A stretch of DNA of 32,000 nt from Candidatus Saccharimonadota bacterium (GCF_000185985.2 NC_014909.2:660001-692000), one strand, 5' to 3'. Shown: positions 10,088-22,152, numbered from the stretch's first letter. The notes: generated from the letters alone by a model not told the origin. Made by a program: numbers and translations.

Positions 10088-11584
10088 CTAAAAAGACAAA
10101 CTTACCATTTTTTTCATATAACTCCTTAAATATACTCCAATTTTTTCAACAGGATGACTACGTATCGTTTCATTCACATCACGTAACACAACATTATCTA
10201 TAGACATAACCCAATGATTATTATCAACATCATTAACCATAATATTATCTAAATCTCCTTTTTTTAAATTGGGCATGAACTCTTTCTGCAAAATAGGAAT
10301 CACAGTATTGCTAAATACATAACAACCATATTCTGCAGTATCAGAAATTACCATATTCATTTCATATAATCTCTTTCTAGCAATAGTATTAGCTATCAAA
10401 GGCAATTCATGTAACGACTCATAATACGCAGATTCTGGTTTAATTCCAGATTCTATCATAATATCAAAAGATAACTCTATACCTGCTTTTAACATAGCAA
10501 CCATCAAAACTCCATGATCAAAATATATCTGCTCCGGAATTTTTTTGTCATATACAGGTGCTTGCTCAAACAATAATTTTTTAGTATTTTCACGCCAACT
10601 TAATAAATTACAATCTTTATTTGCCCAGTCTGCTATCATTTCTTTAGAAAAAAATCCAGTCAAAATATTTTCCATATGTTTTTCAAAAACTGGCCTCAAA
10701 ATTTTTTTTAATTGCTTAGATAATTCAAAAGCACGTAATTTCGAAAAATTTGATAATCTATCCATCATTAAAGTTATACCTCCTTGTTTTAGAGCTTCAG
10801 TTATTACTTCCCATCCATTCTGAACTAATTTTCCTGCATACGCTACATCTACACCACTCTCAACCATTCTATTAAAACACAAAATTGATCCAACTTGAAG
10901 CATGCCACATAAAATAGTTTGCTCTCCCATAAGATCCGATTTTACTTCCGCTACAAATGACGATTCTAATACTCCAGCCTTATGACTACCTAAAGCAAAG
11001 GCCCAAGCTTTTGCTAATTCTATACCTGAACCACTTAAATTATTCTCTTCATGTACAGCAATTAAACTAGGAACCCCAAAACCTCTTTCATATTCCCGTC
11101 GAACTTCTGTTCCTGGGCATTTTGGAGCTACCATAATCACTGTAATATCTCTGCGAATTTTTTTACCTATTTCTACAATATGAAATCCATGTGAATAACC
11201 TAACACCGATTTATATTTCATCAAAGGTTCTATTTGATTAATAACAAAATCATGATTTTTATCCGGTGTTAGATTGATAACTAAATCTGCTTCAGGAACA
11301 AGCTCAGTATAAGTACCTACAACAAAACCATGCCGCACCGCATTAATATAAGATTCTGTTTTATTAATAATAGACTCATAACGTAAGGCATACGCAACCT
11401 GCAATCCAGAATCACGCATATTTAAACCTTGATTTAATCCTTGAGACCCACAACCAATTATCACTATTTTTTTAAATTTCAATAATTGAATACCCTTGGA
11501 AAATTCATTTGTACTTATCAACCGACATTTTCCTAAATGCTTTAATTTCTGTATAAAACTTAATTTATTAAAATAATTACTCAT
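10088..11584 (-). CDS. ilvC: Ketol-acid reductoisomerase (class II, long form)
   Basis: 498 aa. [17 protein letters not shown] and the duplicated knotted-domain length are as in the E. coli 491-aa IlvC. Confidence 0.95.
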   Translation of the reverse strand: MSNYFNKLSFIQKLKHLGKCRLISTNEFSKGIQLLKFKKIVIIGCGSQGLNQGLNMRDSGLQVAYALRYESIINKTESYINAVRHGFVVGTYTELVPEADLVINLTPDKNHDFVINQIEPLMKYKSVLGYSHGFHIVEIGKKIRRDITVIMVAPKCPGTEVRREYERGFGVPSLIAVHEENNLSGSGIELAKAWAFALGSHKAGVLESSFVAEVKSDLMGEQTILCGMLQVGSILCFNRMVESGVDVAYAGKLVQNGWEVITEALKQGGITLMMDRLSNFSKLRAFELSKQLKKILRPVFEKHMENILTGFFSKEMIADWANKDCNLLSWRENTKKLLFEQAPVYDKKIPEQIYFDHGVLMVAMLKAGIELSFDIMIESGIKPESAYYESLHELPLIANTIARKRLYEMNMVISDTAEYGCYVFSNTVIPILQKEFMPNLKKGDLDNIMVNDVDNNHWVMSIDNVVLRDVNETIRSHPVEKIGVYLRSYMKKMVSLSF

Positions 11585-11635
11585 AACAATATAAACCTCT
11601 ATTAAGAATTCATCAAATTTATCATTAACTCTACT

Positions 11636-13168
11636 CTAGTTAATTCTTATAAACTGAAATACTGGATTAGTTGTAACATCACGGCAAACATATCCCAATT
11701 GCGATACATACTGATCAAATTTAGATTCTTGATTAGATAATTCAAAACCCGCTAAAACATGACCATAATCAGTACCATGATTACGATAATGAAACAAAGA
11801 AATATTCCAATGAGTGCCTAAAGTATTTAAAAATTTTAATAAAGCTCCAGGAGACTCTGGAAATTCAAAACTAAAAATTCGTTCATGTACAGAATGTAAT
11901 GCACGAACCCCTATCATATATCTTGCATGTAATTTAGCCATTTCATTATCAGATACATCTATCACAGAAAACCCATGACTAAGTATATTTCTTACTATAC
12001 AATTTCTTTCATAACGTCCATGTTTTAAACGAACTCCTATAAAAATACAAACCTCATTAGTTCCGCTATAACGATAATTAAATTCTGTCACTGATCTATT
12101 TTCCAAAATTTTAAAAAATTCTAAAAAACTACCTTTCTTTTCTGGAATAGTAACTACCATTAACGCTTCTCTTTCTTCTCCTAACTCACAACGCTCTGAA
12201 ATATATCTTAATTCATGAAAATTAATATTAGCACCTGATAAAATATGAGCTAATCTTTCTCCATGTATTTCATGTTGTTGAATATATTTTTTCATTCCAG
12301 CTAATGCTAATGCTCCTGCAGGTTCAGCAATAGCTCGAACATCCTCAAATAAATCCTTTATAGCTGCACAAATTTCATCATTATCCACAGTAATAACATC
12401 ATCAAGATAATTTTTACACAAACGAAATGTCTCATTTCCAACACATCGTACTGCCACGCCTTCTGCAAAAGATCCTACTGTATTTAAAGAGACAGGAACT
12501 CCAGCTAACAAAGCGGCACTTAAAGAAGCAGACTCCTCCGACTCAACACCTACTACTTTAATTTGAGGCATAAGATATTTAATCAAAACAGCAACTCCAG
12601 CAGCTAACCCACCCCCTCCTACAGGCACAAAGATACGATCTAAATGAGCATCCTGTTGCAATAGCTCCATTGCCAAAGTACCTTGTCCAGCGATAACAAG
12701 TGAATGATCAAAAGGAGGCACAAAAATTAAATGATTCTTTTTAGATAAACGTAAAGCTTCTATATGAGCTTCATCAAAATTTGAACCGAACAACAAAGGT
12801 TCCCCCCCCAAATGACGCACCGCATCAATTTTAATATCAGCAGTATTAATTGGCATTACAATTATAGAATCAATGCCTAAATATTTAGCAGAAAAAGCTA
12901 CACCTTGTGCATGATTTCCTGCTGATGCTGTAATTACTCCAGCAGACTTCTGTGCTTGTGTTAAACTTGAAATCATCGCATAAGCCCCCCTCAATTTAAA
13001 ACTATGCACCGGTTGCCTATCCTCACGTTTAACTAAAATCACATTTTTAAATCTTTGAGATAATTTATTCATTATCTGCAACGGAGTAACCTGCACTACT
13101 TCGTATACATGAGATCTTAAAGCAGTTTTAAGATACAACAAAGAGCTTCTTTCTCTAGAAGAAAACAT
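11636..13168 (-). CDS. ilvA: Biosynthetic threonine dehydratase (threonine deaminase) with C-terminal regulatory domains
   Basis: 510 aa. VILVKREDRQPVHSFKLRGAY (PLP lysine), GNHAQGVA, VPVGGGGLAAGVAV and FEFPESPGALLKFLNTLGTHWNISLFHYR are near-identical to E. coli IlvA. Confidence 0.97.
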   Translation of the reverse strand: MFSSRERSSLLYLKTALRSHVYEVVQVTPLQIMNKLSQRFKNVILVKREDRQPVHSFKLRGAYAMISSLTQAQKSAGVITASAGNHAQGVAFSAKYLGIDSIIVMPINTADIKIDAVRHLGGEPLLFGSNFDEAHIEALRLSKKNHLIFVPPFDHSLVIAGQGTLAMELLQQDAHLDRIFVPVGGGGLAAGVAVLIKYLMPQIKVVGVESEESASLSAALLAGVPVSLNTVGSFAEGVAVRCVGNETFRLCKNYLDDVITVDNDEICAAIKDLFEDVRAIAEPAGALALAGMKKYIQQHEIHGERLAHILSGANINFHELRYISERCELGEEREALMVVTIPEKKGSFLEFFKILENRSVTEFNYRYSGTNEVCIFIGVRLKHGRYERNCIVRNILSHGFSVIDVSDNEMAKLHARYMIGVRALHSVHERIFSFEFPESPGALLKFLNTLGTHWNISLFHYRNHGTDYGHVLAGFELSNQESKFDQYVSQLGYVCRDVTTNPVFQFIRIN

Positions 13169-13223
13169 TGATATTTATCGTCCATCATTGATCTTTTATT
13201 ATTATTATATTATTGTAAATACC

Positions 13224-15086
13224 TTATAATAATTGGGATTTATCACGAACAGCACCTTTATCAGCACTAGTAACTAATTTAGCATATGCTTTTAAAGACA
13301 TAGACACAACCCGATCTCTGTTTATTGGAGTCCACGATTTAATTCCACGATTAATTTCCAACTCATTTCTCCGGTCTAAAACATACTTCGATACCTCCAA
13401 TGTAATATTACGTTCATCAATATCAATATTAATTATATCTCCATCATATACCAACCCAATTAAACCTCCGGATGCTGCTTCCGGAGAGATATGTCCAATT
13501 GACAAACCTGAAGTTCCTCCTGAAAACCTTCCATCTGTAATTAATGCACAACACATATCTAAATTCATAGACTTCAAAAAAGAAGTAGGATATAACATTT
13601 CTTGCATCCCAGGACCTCCTTTTGGACCTTCATATCGAATCACTATTACATCACCTGGGCATATTTTACCCGTTAAAATAGCTTGTACAGATTCTTCTTG
13701 ACTTTCATACACTTTAGCAGGACCTCGAAACTTTCTTAAACTTATACTAACCCCCGCCGTTTTGACAAGACACCCTCCTTTGGCGATATTACCATACAAT
13801 ACAGCTAAGCCACCATCTTGACTATAAGCATAAGCTCGACTTCTAATACATCCAGAGCAACGATCTATATCTAACGCACTCCATCTTTTATTTTGACTAA
13901 ATGCCTTAGTCGTACGTATCCCGGCAGGAGCTGCAGCATACATTTTTTTTATTTTAAAATCATTACATGACAATATATCATATTGTAGTAATGTTTCTAA
14001 TAAAGATTTATTAAGTATATTATTGACATTTGTATTCAATAAACCACAACTATTCAATTCTCCAAGAATACCCATCACTCCTCCAGCTTTATGAAAGTCT
14101 TCTACATAATACTGTTTAGAATTTGGAGCTATTTTACATAAATAAGGTACTTTTTTAGATAATTGATCTATATCTTTCATAGTAAACTCTATTTCTCCTT
14201 CTTGAGCAGCGGCTAATAAATGCAACACAGTATTAGTAGATCCTCCCATAGCAATATCCAACATCATTGCATTCTCAAACGCCAACCTATTTGCTATATT
14301 ACGGGGTAAAACAGAATAATTATCCTCTTCATAGTATAAGTTAGCTAATTTCATAATATTCCTACCAGCATCTATAAACATTGTTCTACGATCACAATGT
14401 GTTGCTAATAATGACCCATTACCTGGTTGAGCTAATCCTAATGCTTCTGTTAAACAATTCATAGAATTTGCAGTAAACATTCCTGAACAAGAACCACATG
14501 TAGGACATGCCGCTAATTCAATACGTTCTTTATCCTCTGTAGTAACTTTCGGATCAGCTGAAGAAACTATAACATCAACTAAACTCAATTTATTAATAGT
14601 ATTATGACCATTACTCTCAGATAACCTAATTGATCCTGATTCCATTGGTCCTCCAGATACAAAAATAGTTGGAATATTTAACCTCAATGCTGCCATTAAC
14701 ATTCCAGGAGTAATTTTATCACAATTAGAAATACATACCATGGCATCAACACAATGAGCATTAATTACATATTCCACAGAATCAGCAATTAAATCTCTAG
14801 ATGGTAAAGAATATAACATTCCACTATGTCCCATAGCAATTCCATCATCAATAGCAATAGTATTAAATTCTTTTGCAACTCCACCATTCATATTAATTTC
14901 CTTAGCAACTATTTTCCCTACATCTCTTAAATGAATGTGCCCTGGAACAAATTGAGTAAATGAATTTACTACAGCAACAATAATTTTATTAAAATCCTCA
15001 GAAACCATACCCGTAGCGCGCCACAAAGCTCTAGCACCAGCCATATTCTGACCCTGGGTAGTAATAGATGAACGATATTTAGGCAT
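13224..15086 (-). CDS. ilvD: Dihydroxy-acid dehydratase
   Basis: 620 aa. [27 protein letters not shown] and [12 protein letters not shown] match E. coli IlvD. Confidence 0.97.
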   Translation of the reverse strand: MPKYRSSITTQGQNMAGARALWRATGMVSEDFNKIIVAVVNSFTQFVPGHIHLRDVGKIVAKEINMNGGVAKEFNTIAIDDGIAMGHSGMLYSLPSRDLIADSVEYVINAHCVDAMVCISNCDKITPGMLMAALRLNIPTIFVSGGPMESGSIRLSESNGHNTINKLSLVDVIVSSADPKVTTEDKERIELAACPTCGSCSGMFTANSMNCLTEALGLAQPGNGSLLATHCDRRTMFIDAGRNIMKLANLYYEEDNYSVLPRNIANRLAFENAMMLDIAMGGSTNTVLHLLAAAQEGEIEFTMKDIDQLSKKVPYLCKIAPNSKQYYVEDFHKAGGVMGILGELNSCGLLNTNVNNILNKSLLETLLQYDILSCNDFKIKKMYAAAPAGIRTTKAFSQNKRWSALDIDRCSGCIRSRAYAYSQDGGLAVLYGNIAKGGCLVKTAGVSISLRKFRGPAKVYESQEESVQAILTGKICPGDVIVIRYEGPKGGPGMQEMLYPTSFLKSMNLDMCCALITDGRFSGGTSGLSIGHISPEAASGGLIGLVYDGDIINIDIDERNITLEVSKYVLDRRNELEINRGIKSWTPINRDRVVSMSLKAYAKLVTSADKGAVRDKSQLL

Positions 15087-15179
15087 ATTTTTCTCTCATT
15101 TACAATATTGAACTAATACTTGAAATAAAGCTTTCAAAACTACAATACACATTTATTTATAATAATTAAAGAACTATTA

Positions 15180-16103
15180 CTATACTTCCTCTAACCAATC
15201 CCATTCATCCTTCACTTCTCCAGTGAATAAACCAAAAAATAATTCTTGTAACTTCATGGTAATAGGCCCCTTAACTCCTCCTGATCCAATTTTAATCCCA
15301 TCAATACTACGTACTGGTGTAATTTCAGCAGCAGTACCAACCATAAAAACTTCATCTGCTATATACAAATACTCTCGAGGCAACATACACTCTCGTACTT
15401 CTAAGTTAATACTTGCTGCTAATTTAATAATCGAATCTCTTGTAATCCCGAGTAACACAGAAGAACTACATGAAGGAGTTAATATAATACCGTCTTTAAT
15501 TACAAACAAATTTTCACCAGACCCCTCTGAAATATAACCAAATATATTTAAACCAATACCTTCATGATAACCATGCCTATGAGCTTCATTACTAATCAAC
15601 ATAGATGATAAATAATTACCCCCAGCTTTAGCCATATATGGTATAGTATTTGCCGAAACTCTATTCCAAGAAGATACCATGGCATCTATCCCTAAATTTA
15701 AAGAATCTTTCCCTAAATAAGATTCCCAATAAAAAGCAATTATAACAAGATCAGTATCATATTGAATAATAGGATTAATTTCTATTCCCACATCTCCTAT
15801 AAAAAGTAAAGGACGAATATACGCATCAATTAAATTATTTTTTCGAATAACTATTTTACAAGCTTCTATTAATTCTTGCCTACTCCAAGAAATAGGCATA
15901 CGATAAATTTTTGCGGAATTAATCAATCTTTGAATATGATCTTTCAGACGAAAAATAACTGCCCCTTTATACGATTGGTAACAACGCATTCCTTCAAATA
16001 CTGAAGATCCATAATGTAATGCATGAGACAACACATGTATATTCGCCTTATCCCATGGCACCATTTTACCATTAAACCAAATAAAATTAGATTTTTTAAT
16101 CAT
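15180..16103 (-). CDS. ilvE: Branched-chain amino acid aminotransferase
   Basis: 307 aa. IWFNGKMV, HALHYGSSVFEG, KAGGNYLSS, EGSGENLF and GTAAEITPVRS are colinear with E. coli IlvE. Confidence 0.96.
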   Translation of the reverse strand: MIKKSNFIWFNGKMVPWDKANIHVLSHALHYGSSVFEGMRCYQSYKGAVIFRLKDHIQRLINSAKIYRMPISWSRQELIEACKIVIRKNNLIDAYIRPLLFIGDVGIEINPIIQYDTDLVIIAFYWESYLGKDSLNLGIDAMVSSWNRVSANTIPYMAKAGGNYLSSMLISNEAHRHGYHEGIGLNIFGYISEGSGENLFVIKDGIILTPSCSSSVLLGITRDSIIKLAASINLEVRECMLPREYLYIADEVFMVGTAAEITPVRSIDGIKIGSGGVKGPITMKLQELFFGLFTGEVKDEWDWLEEV

Positions 16104-16175
16104 ATATATAGATCTTCAAAATAAACATCATCATTGAAATTAAACTGATAAACTACTCACTAATATCACTATTAT

Positions 16176-16415
16176 TCATCTAACCTCAATATATTGGATA
16201 TCTACTAATTTATTTAATTGAGTACATAACAAATATATTGCCTTTTCACTGGAAACCGTTAAAAATAAAGTTATCTGTTTATTATTATCGATATTATACA
16301 CAATCGTATTTAATGCACACAACTCAAACCCTCGATGTCGAGTAACTCTAAGAATACGTTCCACTACTTCTGAACAAAACCTAGCTTGTATAAACAAAGA
16401 ATAATAAACAATCAT
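16176..16415 (-). CDS. ilvM: Acetolactate synthase II small (regulatory) subunit
   Basis: 79 aa. ERILRVTRHRGFELCALN and QLNKLVD align with E. coli IlvM (LERVLRVVRHRGFHVCSMN, QLNKLVD). Located between ilvG and ilvE. Confidence 0.85.
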   Translation of the reverse strand: MIVYYSLFIQARFCSEVVERILRVTRHRGFELCALNTIVYNIDNNKQITLFLTVSSEKAIYLLCTQLNKLVDIQYIEVR

Positions 16416-16456
16416 TATAATTTTTAAACTGCCAATTTATACTATACATATCTTAA

Positions 16457-18139
16457 TCATTCATTCCTAATTAACATAGAATCATTTGAAGCACCAGGAG
16501 GTACTAATGGCCAAACATTGGCACTCTCATCAATTAAAGCATGCAATAAGAAAGGCCCTGTATTTGAAAATAGCATATCAATCGCATCTAATATTTGAGA
16601 TCTCTGAGAAATATACACACCGCTAATATTAAATGCTTTAGCTAAAATAAGAAAATCTGGGTTATCATCTAAAATAGTTTCACTGTAACGTTTATCAAAA
16701 AATAATTCTTGCCATTGACGCACCATTCCTAATCGTTTATTATCCAATAAAATAATTTTTATGGGTAATTTCCTTCGTTTAATAGTAGCTAGTTCCTGTA
16801 CATTCATCATAAATGACCCATCACCTGAAACACATATTACCATATCATTAGGACGACCTATTTGCGCTCCAATTGCTGCAGGAGTACCAAACCCCATAGT
16901 CCCTAGACCTCCAGAAGTAATAAAATTTTCTGGTCGATTAAATTGCATATGCTGTGCAGCCCACATTTGATGTTGACCAACATCAGTAGTGATAATAGTA
17001 TCAACAGGAGCATTATCACTAATTGTTTTTAATAAAACTGGAGCAGAAATCTTATCATTCCCAGAATCATAAGACCACTTATATTTCGATTTCAATAATT
17101 TTACCTGTTCTTGCCACAATGCAATAGATAACGTTTGAGTTAACTCTAATAACAAATCATTTAAACTGCCCGATATACAAACATGTGCTGTACGCAACTT
17201 ATTAAACTCTGCTAAATCAATATCTAAATGAATTATTTTTGCTTTTGGAGCAAAAGTATTCAATTCTCCAGTAACTCTATCATCAAACCTTGCTCCGATT
17301 ACAATTAGTAAATCACATTGTTGTACTGCTAAATTAGCTGCTTGATTACCATGCATTCCTAACATACCTAAATAATAATCCTCAGTATAATCCGGAGCGC
17401 CCAATCCTTTTAATGTTACTACAGTAGGTATGCCAGTATTAGCAATAAATTTCCTTAATGATAAAACCGCTCCAGCCATTCCTACTCCACCGCCTACATA
17501 TATGACAGGACACTTTGATTGAGACATCAACACACGCGCTAAAGCAATATTATCTTTGTTTGTATAAATATGATGATTACAAACACTATGTTTATCGTTT
17601 TTTACAGAAGCTTGTGCAAAAGAAAAAATACCTCCTTCTCTACTAGACGACAATTGAATATCCTTAGGTATATCTATAAGCACTGGACCTTGTCTTCCAT
17701 ATAACGCAATTGAAAATGCTTCATCAATAATATCAGGCAATACATCTAAAGAATGCACCAAAAAACTATGTTTAGTGCATGCCAATGATAAACCTAAAAC
17801 ATCTATTTCTTGAAACGCATCGGTTCCAATGAACTTTAATCCAACTTGACCAGTGATAGCTATTATCGGAATTGAATCCAATAACGCATCAGCTAACCCA
17901 GTAATTAAATTAGTTGCCCCAGGCCCAGATGTAGCAAAACATACTCCAACTCTACCTGTAGCTCTAGCATATCCAATAGCTGCAATTATTGCGCCCTGTT
18001 CATGCCGACACAATAAATGCTTAATTTCAGAATCAAATAAAGCATCATACATTGGCATAATAGCCCCCCCCGGATAACCAAAAATTACATCTACCCCTCG
18101 TTGTTGTAACTCTTTAATTACCCACTGAGCCCCATTCAT
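16457..18139 (-). CDS. ilvG: Acetolactate synthase II large subunit (intact)
   Basis: 560 aa. [60 protein letters not shown] and [11 protein letters not shown] match full-length IlvG. Confidence 0.96.
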   Translation of the reverse strand: MNGAQWVIKELQQRGVDVIFGYPGGAIMPMYDALFDSEIKHLLCRHEQGAIIAAIGYARATGRVGVCFATSGPGATNLITGLADALLDSIPIIAITGQVGLKFIGTDAFQEIDVLGLSLACTKHSFLVHSLDVLPDIIDEAFSIALYGRQGPVLIDIPKDIQLSSSREGGIFSFAQASVKNDKHSVCNHHIYTNKDNIALARVLMSQSKCPVIYVGGGVGMAGAVLSLRKFIANTGIPTVVTLKGLGAPDYTEDYYLGMLGMHGNQAANLAVQQCDLLIVIGARFDDRVTGELNTFAPKAKIIHLDIDLAEFNKLRTAHVCISGSLNDLLLELTQTLSIALWQEQVKLLKSKYKWSYDSGNDKISAPVLLKTISDNAPVDTIITTDVGQHQMWAAQHMQFNRPENFITSGGLGTMGFGTPAAIGAQIGRPNDMVICVSGDGSFMMNVQELATIKRRKLPIKIILLDNKRLGMVRQWQELFFDKRYSETILDDNPDFLILAKAFNISGVYISQRSQILDAIDMLFSNTGPFLLHALIDESANVWPLVPPGASNDSMLIRNE

Positions 18140-18442
18140 AATAATTGCTTCTCATCATCAATTATATTAAAACTGATATCATACAAAAATAAATAATCAT
18201 TAATATTTTATTTTTATTTTAATCCGACAATATCATACAGTATGTTATACTTGAGAAAAACAATGGAAATTATATACTGCGCAATAGTTTATGTGAATAA
18301 ACTATTATTTACATACATCAAAAAAAATTATATACTGTAAAATAATCACTTATATAAAAATTATAAAATCATTATTTTAAATAAACTAATTGATTATAAA
18401 TGGGCACAACTCATTATATAACACATATTCGTTTATCTAAAA

Positions 18443-18460
18443 CAGTGTATGCATCCACTG
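18443..18460. repeat. 18-nt near-perfect palindrome CAGTGTATGCATCCACTG (8 of 9 pairs)
   Basis: Read directly from the sequence. It is relatively G/C-rich inside an otherwise G-poor 843-bp spacer. On the minus strand it is followed by TTTTAG. Confidence 0.8.
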
Positions 18461-18982
18461 TAATTCTTCATTGATAACAAAACAATATATCAAAATCTTC
18501 CATTAAAATACCCCCATTACTTCATTATATACAATAATGAGATTATACAAAAAACAACATCTAACCTTTATTATTAATTTAAAACCTAATTCTAAAAAAT
18601 ACCATACATAATTACATCATAAACTACTAAAAATTTTTAAAATTGAATTACATACACTATTTATTCTTACATCTGTATAATAATTTTTATTATTACTTAT
18701 ACTCATTAAAATATATATAAACATTAATTATACTACAAAAATATATTTTTAATAAACCACCCACCCCTAAATTGTATTTACAATAATAAAATTCATAAGA
18801 TACCATTTACTTAATATATCAATAATTAATACTACTTATTTTTATTCTCTCTTATACATAAAATACATAATCTCACCGAGTCTGATATATATTGATATCT
18901 TAAAATACTTCACATAATTTAATTCTGTAAACAACAAAACTATATATTACTGATGAATACATAATTATAAAAACTCAATCAG

Positions 18983-19055
18983 CAGGGGTGAAGAGACTTG
19001 AACTCCCAACCCTCGGTTTTGGAGACCGATATTCTACCAATTGAACTACACCCCT
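18983..19055 (-). tRNA. trpT: tRNA-Trp (anticodon CCA)
   Basis: The reverse complement AGGGGTGTAGTTCAATTGGTAGAATATCGGTCTCCAAAACCGAGGGTTGGGAGTTCAAGTCTCTTCACCCCTG is near-identical to E. coli trpT. No CCA encoded. Confidence 0.95.
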
Positions 19056-19097
19056 GATACAAATCTTAAAACTAAATTACATTTCCCTACAAACAAA

Positions 19098-19171
19098 CGG
19101 TGCGAACGGGATTCGAACCCGCGACCCCCGGCGTGACAAGCCGATATTCTAACCATCTGAACTATCGCACC
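19098..19171 (-). tRNA. aspT: tRNA-Asp (anticodon GUC)
   Basis: The reverse complement GGTGCGATAGTTCAGATGGTTAGAATATCGGCTTGTCACGCCGGGGGTCGCGGGTTCGAATCCCGTTCGCACCG is similar to E. coli aspT. Anticodon loop CTGTCAC. No CCA encoded. Confidence 0.95.
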
Positions 19172-19372
19172 ACTCAATATCTTTTATATATTTATACACT
19201 ATGCTTGCTATCAACACAACTAAATCGTAATGTATAATACACGTGCCACATACATAACAAACTTATGCAAATACTCAACTACTTTTACAATATGCTGACA
19301 CTGTATTTACCTCTACTGTAAATACAATGGTGAGGACATAATATTATAAATCAACAATTTTAAAAACTACAA

Positions 19373-19445
19373 TGGAGCTAAGCGGAATTGAACCGCTAAC
19401 CTTCTGCGTGCAAAACAGACGCTCTGCCAATTGAGCTATAGCCCC
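19373..19445 (-). tRNA. alaT: tRNA-Ala (anticodon UGC), G3:U70 identity pair present
   Basis: The reverse complement GGGGCTATAGCTCAATTGGCAGAGCGTCTGTTTTGCACGCAGAAGGTTAGCGGTTCAATTCCGCTTAGCTCCA is similar to the E. coli rrn-spacer tRNA-Ala(UGC). No CCA encoded. Confidence 0.95.
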
Positions 19446-19686
19446 CCATACCTACCTCTCTCCCTTTCTCTCTTCTCAAAAGAGAAATAAAATATATACA
19501 TCATTTAATATGCAACAATACCATTATAAATAACCTTAAAATTATTACAGTAATTCGCAGTAAATTATAACAGTATAATGCTATACCTTTTTTAGTAATA
19601 GTCAAATGTTAAATAACAACATTACTATTACATTACACACTATATAATTTATACTATAAATACAAAAACTTCATTATTCAAGCATA

Positions 19687-19704
19687 TACCGATTTATATC
19701 GGTA
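19687..19704 (-). other. Stem-loop straddling the murI stop codon (TACCGAT-ATAA-ATCGGTA)
   Basis: Perfect 7-bp stem with 3 G:C pairs and a 4-nt loop containing the TAA stop. No U-tract follows, so it is not a classical intrinsic terminator. Confidence 0.3.
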
Positions 19705-20539
19705 ACATTTCTAAAGAAAAAAAATTATAATTGAACAGTAAAATAGACCGTAACTTTACAATATCTGCGGTATGCATAGTATAATATGCTTTATTTTGAT
19801 ATAACAACACATCAAAATAACATTTATTCTTCTTTTTAAGACATCGTGAATTTAACAAATATTTAATATGATTAATAAGTCGATTACTAGAATCTATTAA
19901 ACAACTATCCACTGGTAGTACTGATTGTAATTCCGACTTCAACCAAGAAAAATGAGTACATCCTAATACTATTGTGTCAGGAATTTTTTTTAAATTCAAC
20001 CAAGGATTTAGAATATCAATTAACTCCAATTTTGAAACTAAATTACCATAAACTTTCGATTCAGCTAATTCCACTAATCTAGAAGTTCCCAACAAAACTA
20101 TATTTTTTTTATATGCAAAACGTTTTATTGAATTAAAAATATATTTATTATTTACAGTACGACACGTCCCTAATATTCCTACTACCCCATTTTTAGTACA
20201 TTGACATGCCAATTGAATTTCAGGAACTACCCCTATAATAGGAAATCTAAAATTAATTTGTAATATACTTAATGCAACTACACTAATAGTATTACATGCA
20301 ATAACCACTAAATCAAATTTCAAAAATCTACATATCCTTTCTATGATTAAAATCACTCGTTGAATAATAAATTTTTCTGAGCAATTTCCATAAGGAAAAC
20401 ATTTATTATCAATTAAATATAAATAATTAACAAATGGAACTATTCTACGAACTGTTTCATAAAAAAATAAACCTCCTACTCCAGAATCTAAAATTAAAAC
20501 AGTCGAATACCTGTAAATAATATCTTGATTACTCATCAT
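19694..20539 (-). CDS. murI: Glutamate racemase
   Basis: 281 aa. LDSGVGGL, FPYGN, VIACNT, GVVPE and VLGCTHF (both catalytic Cys contexts) are colinear with E. coli MurI. Confidence 0.9.
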   Translation of the reverse strand: MMSNQDIIYRYSTVLILDSGVGGLFFYETVRRIVPFVNYLYLIDNKCFPYGNCSEKFIIQRVILIIERICRFLKFDLVVIACNTISVVALSILQINFRFPIIGVVPEIQLACQCTKNGVVGILGTCRTVNNKYIFNSIKRFAYKKNIVLLGTSRLVELAESKVYGNLVSKLELIDILNPWLNLKKIPDTIVLGCTHFSWLKSELQSVLPVDSCLIDSSNRLINHIKYLLNSRCLKKKNKCYFDVLLYQNKAYYTMHTADIVKLRSILLFNYNFFSLEMLPI

Positions 20540-20865
20540 AAAAATTAAAAAATTCTAAATACATCCAATTATATAATGTAATTTAGCATTATCAAACAAT
20601 ACATATCATTTATCACGCGATCACTTTCTATAAATAAATATAAGATATCTGTCTAATCCCATAGATTTTACAAATAAATACATTAATCCCTTTAATTTAA
20701 TAGTACATCTATTAAATAAAAATATACACCACTATTAATTATAGTTAATTAAATCTTGTTAAAACACCCCCTAATCATAATTATTTAATCTTCCCTTTCT
20801 GTATAAAACCTTATATACTGCAATAATAATATTATATTATATATAAACTATATACATATACAACA

Positions 20866-21828
<963 letters not shown>

Positions 21829-22152
21829 TCAAATTTATTTAAATACATGTAATCAAAGATATTTAATATATAAACTTATATATAAGCATTAAATTACATT
21901 CCAATACGTTTCTAAGGCATATTTTCATTTTAAATTACATATCTCACCATATTTATAATCATGAATTAATGAATTTAAATAATATATAAATCATCACTAT
22001 CTTGTATATAAAATATATACCCCAAAATTTAAATAACCACTACTAACTACAACATAGTCTATTACTTTATATTTATATAAAACCAAAAAATATTTATTTC
22101 TATATTATTATCGTACAGAATGGATTATCTTATACTTAGTGTAAGATAAATT

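Noticed and set aside
18162-18200. A 12-codon mini-ORF (MIIYFCMISVLI, stop) on the minus strand ending 22 nt upstream of ilvG. It resembles an Ile/Val/Leu-rich ilvL-type leader peptide.
   Set aside because: ATT and ATA codons are expected by chance in this composition. There is no room or sequence for an attenuator terminator/antiterminator between it and the ilvG ATG. At best it is a non-functional vestige, and sequence alone cannot separate it from noise.
18292-18300. Isolated near-consensus DnaA boxes: TGTGAATAA at 18292-18300 and TTATCCATA at 27175-27183.
   Set aside because: These are single one-mismatch 9-mers far from each other and from the skew switch. They are not clustered and are expected by chance in 32 kb of AT-rich DNA.
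18242-18340. A 32-aa plus-strand ORF (MLYLRKTMEIIYCAIVYVNKLLFTYIKKNYIL) in a locally G-richer patch of the trpT-ilvG spacer.
   Set aside because: It has no Shine-Dalgarno sequence and no similarity that I can recognise to HdfR, YifE or ComM, which occupy this locus in E. coli. Its length is below what chance produces here.
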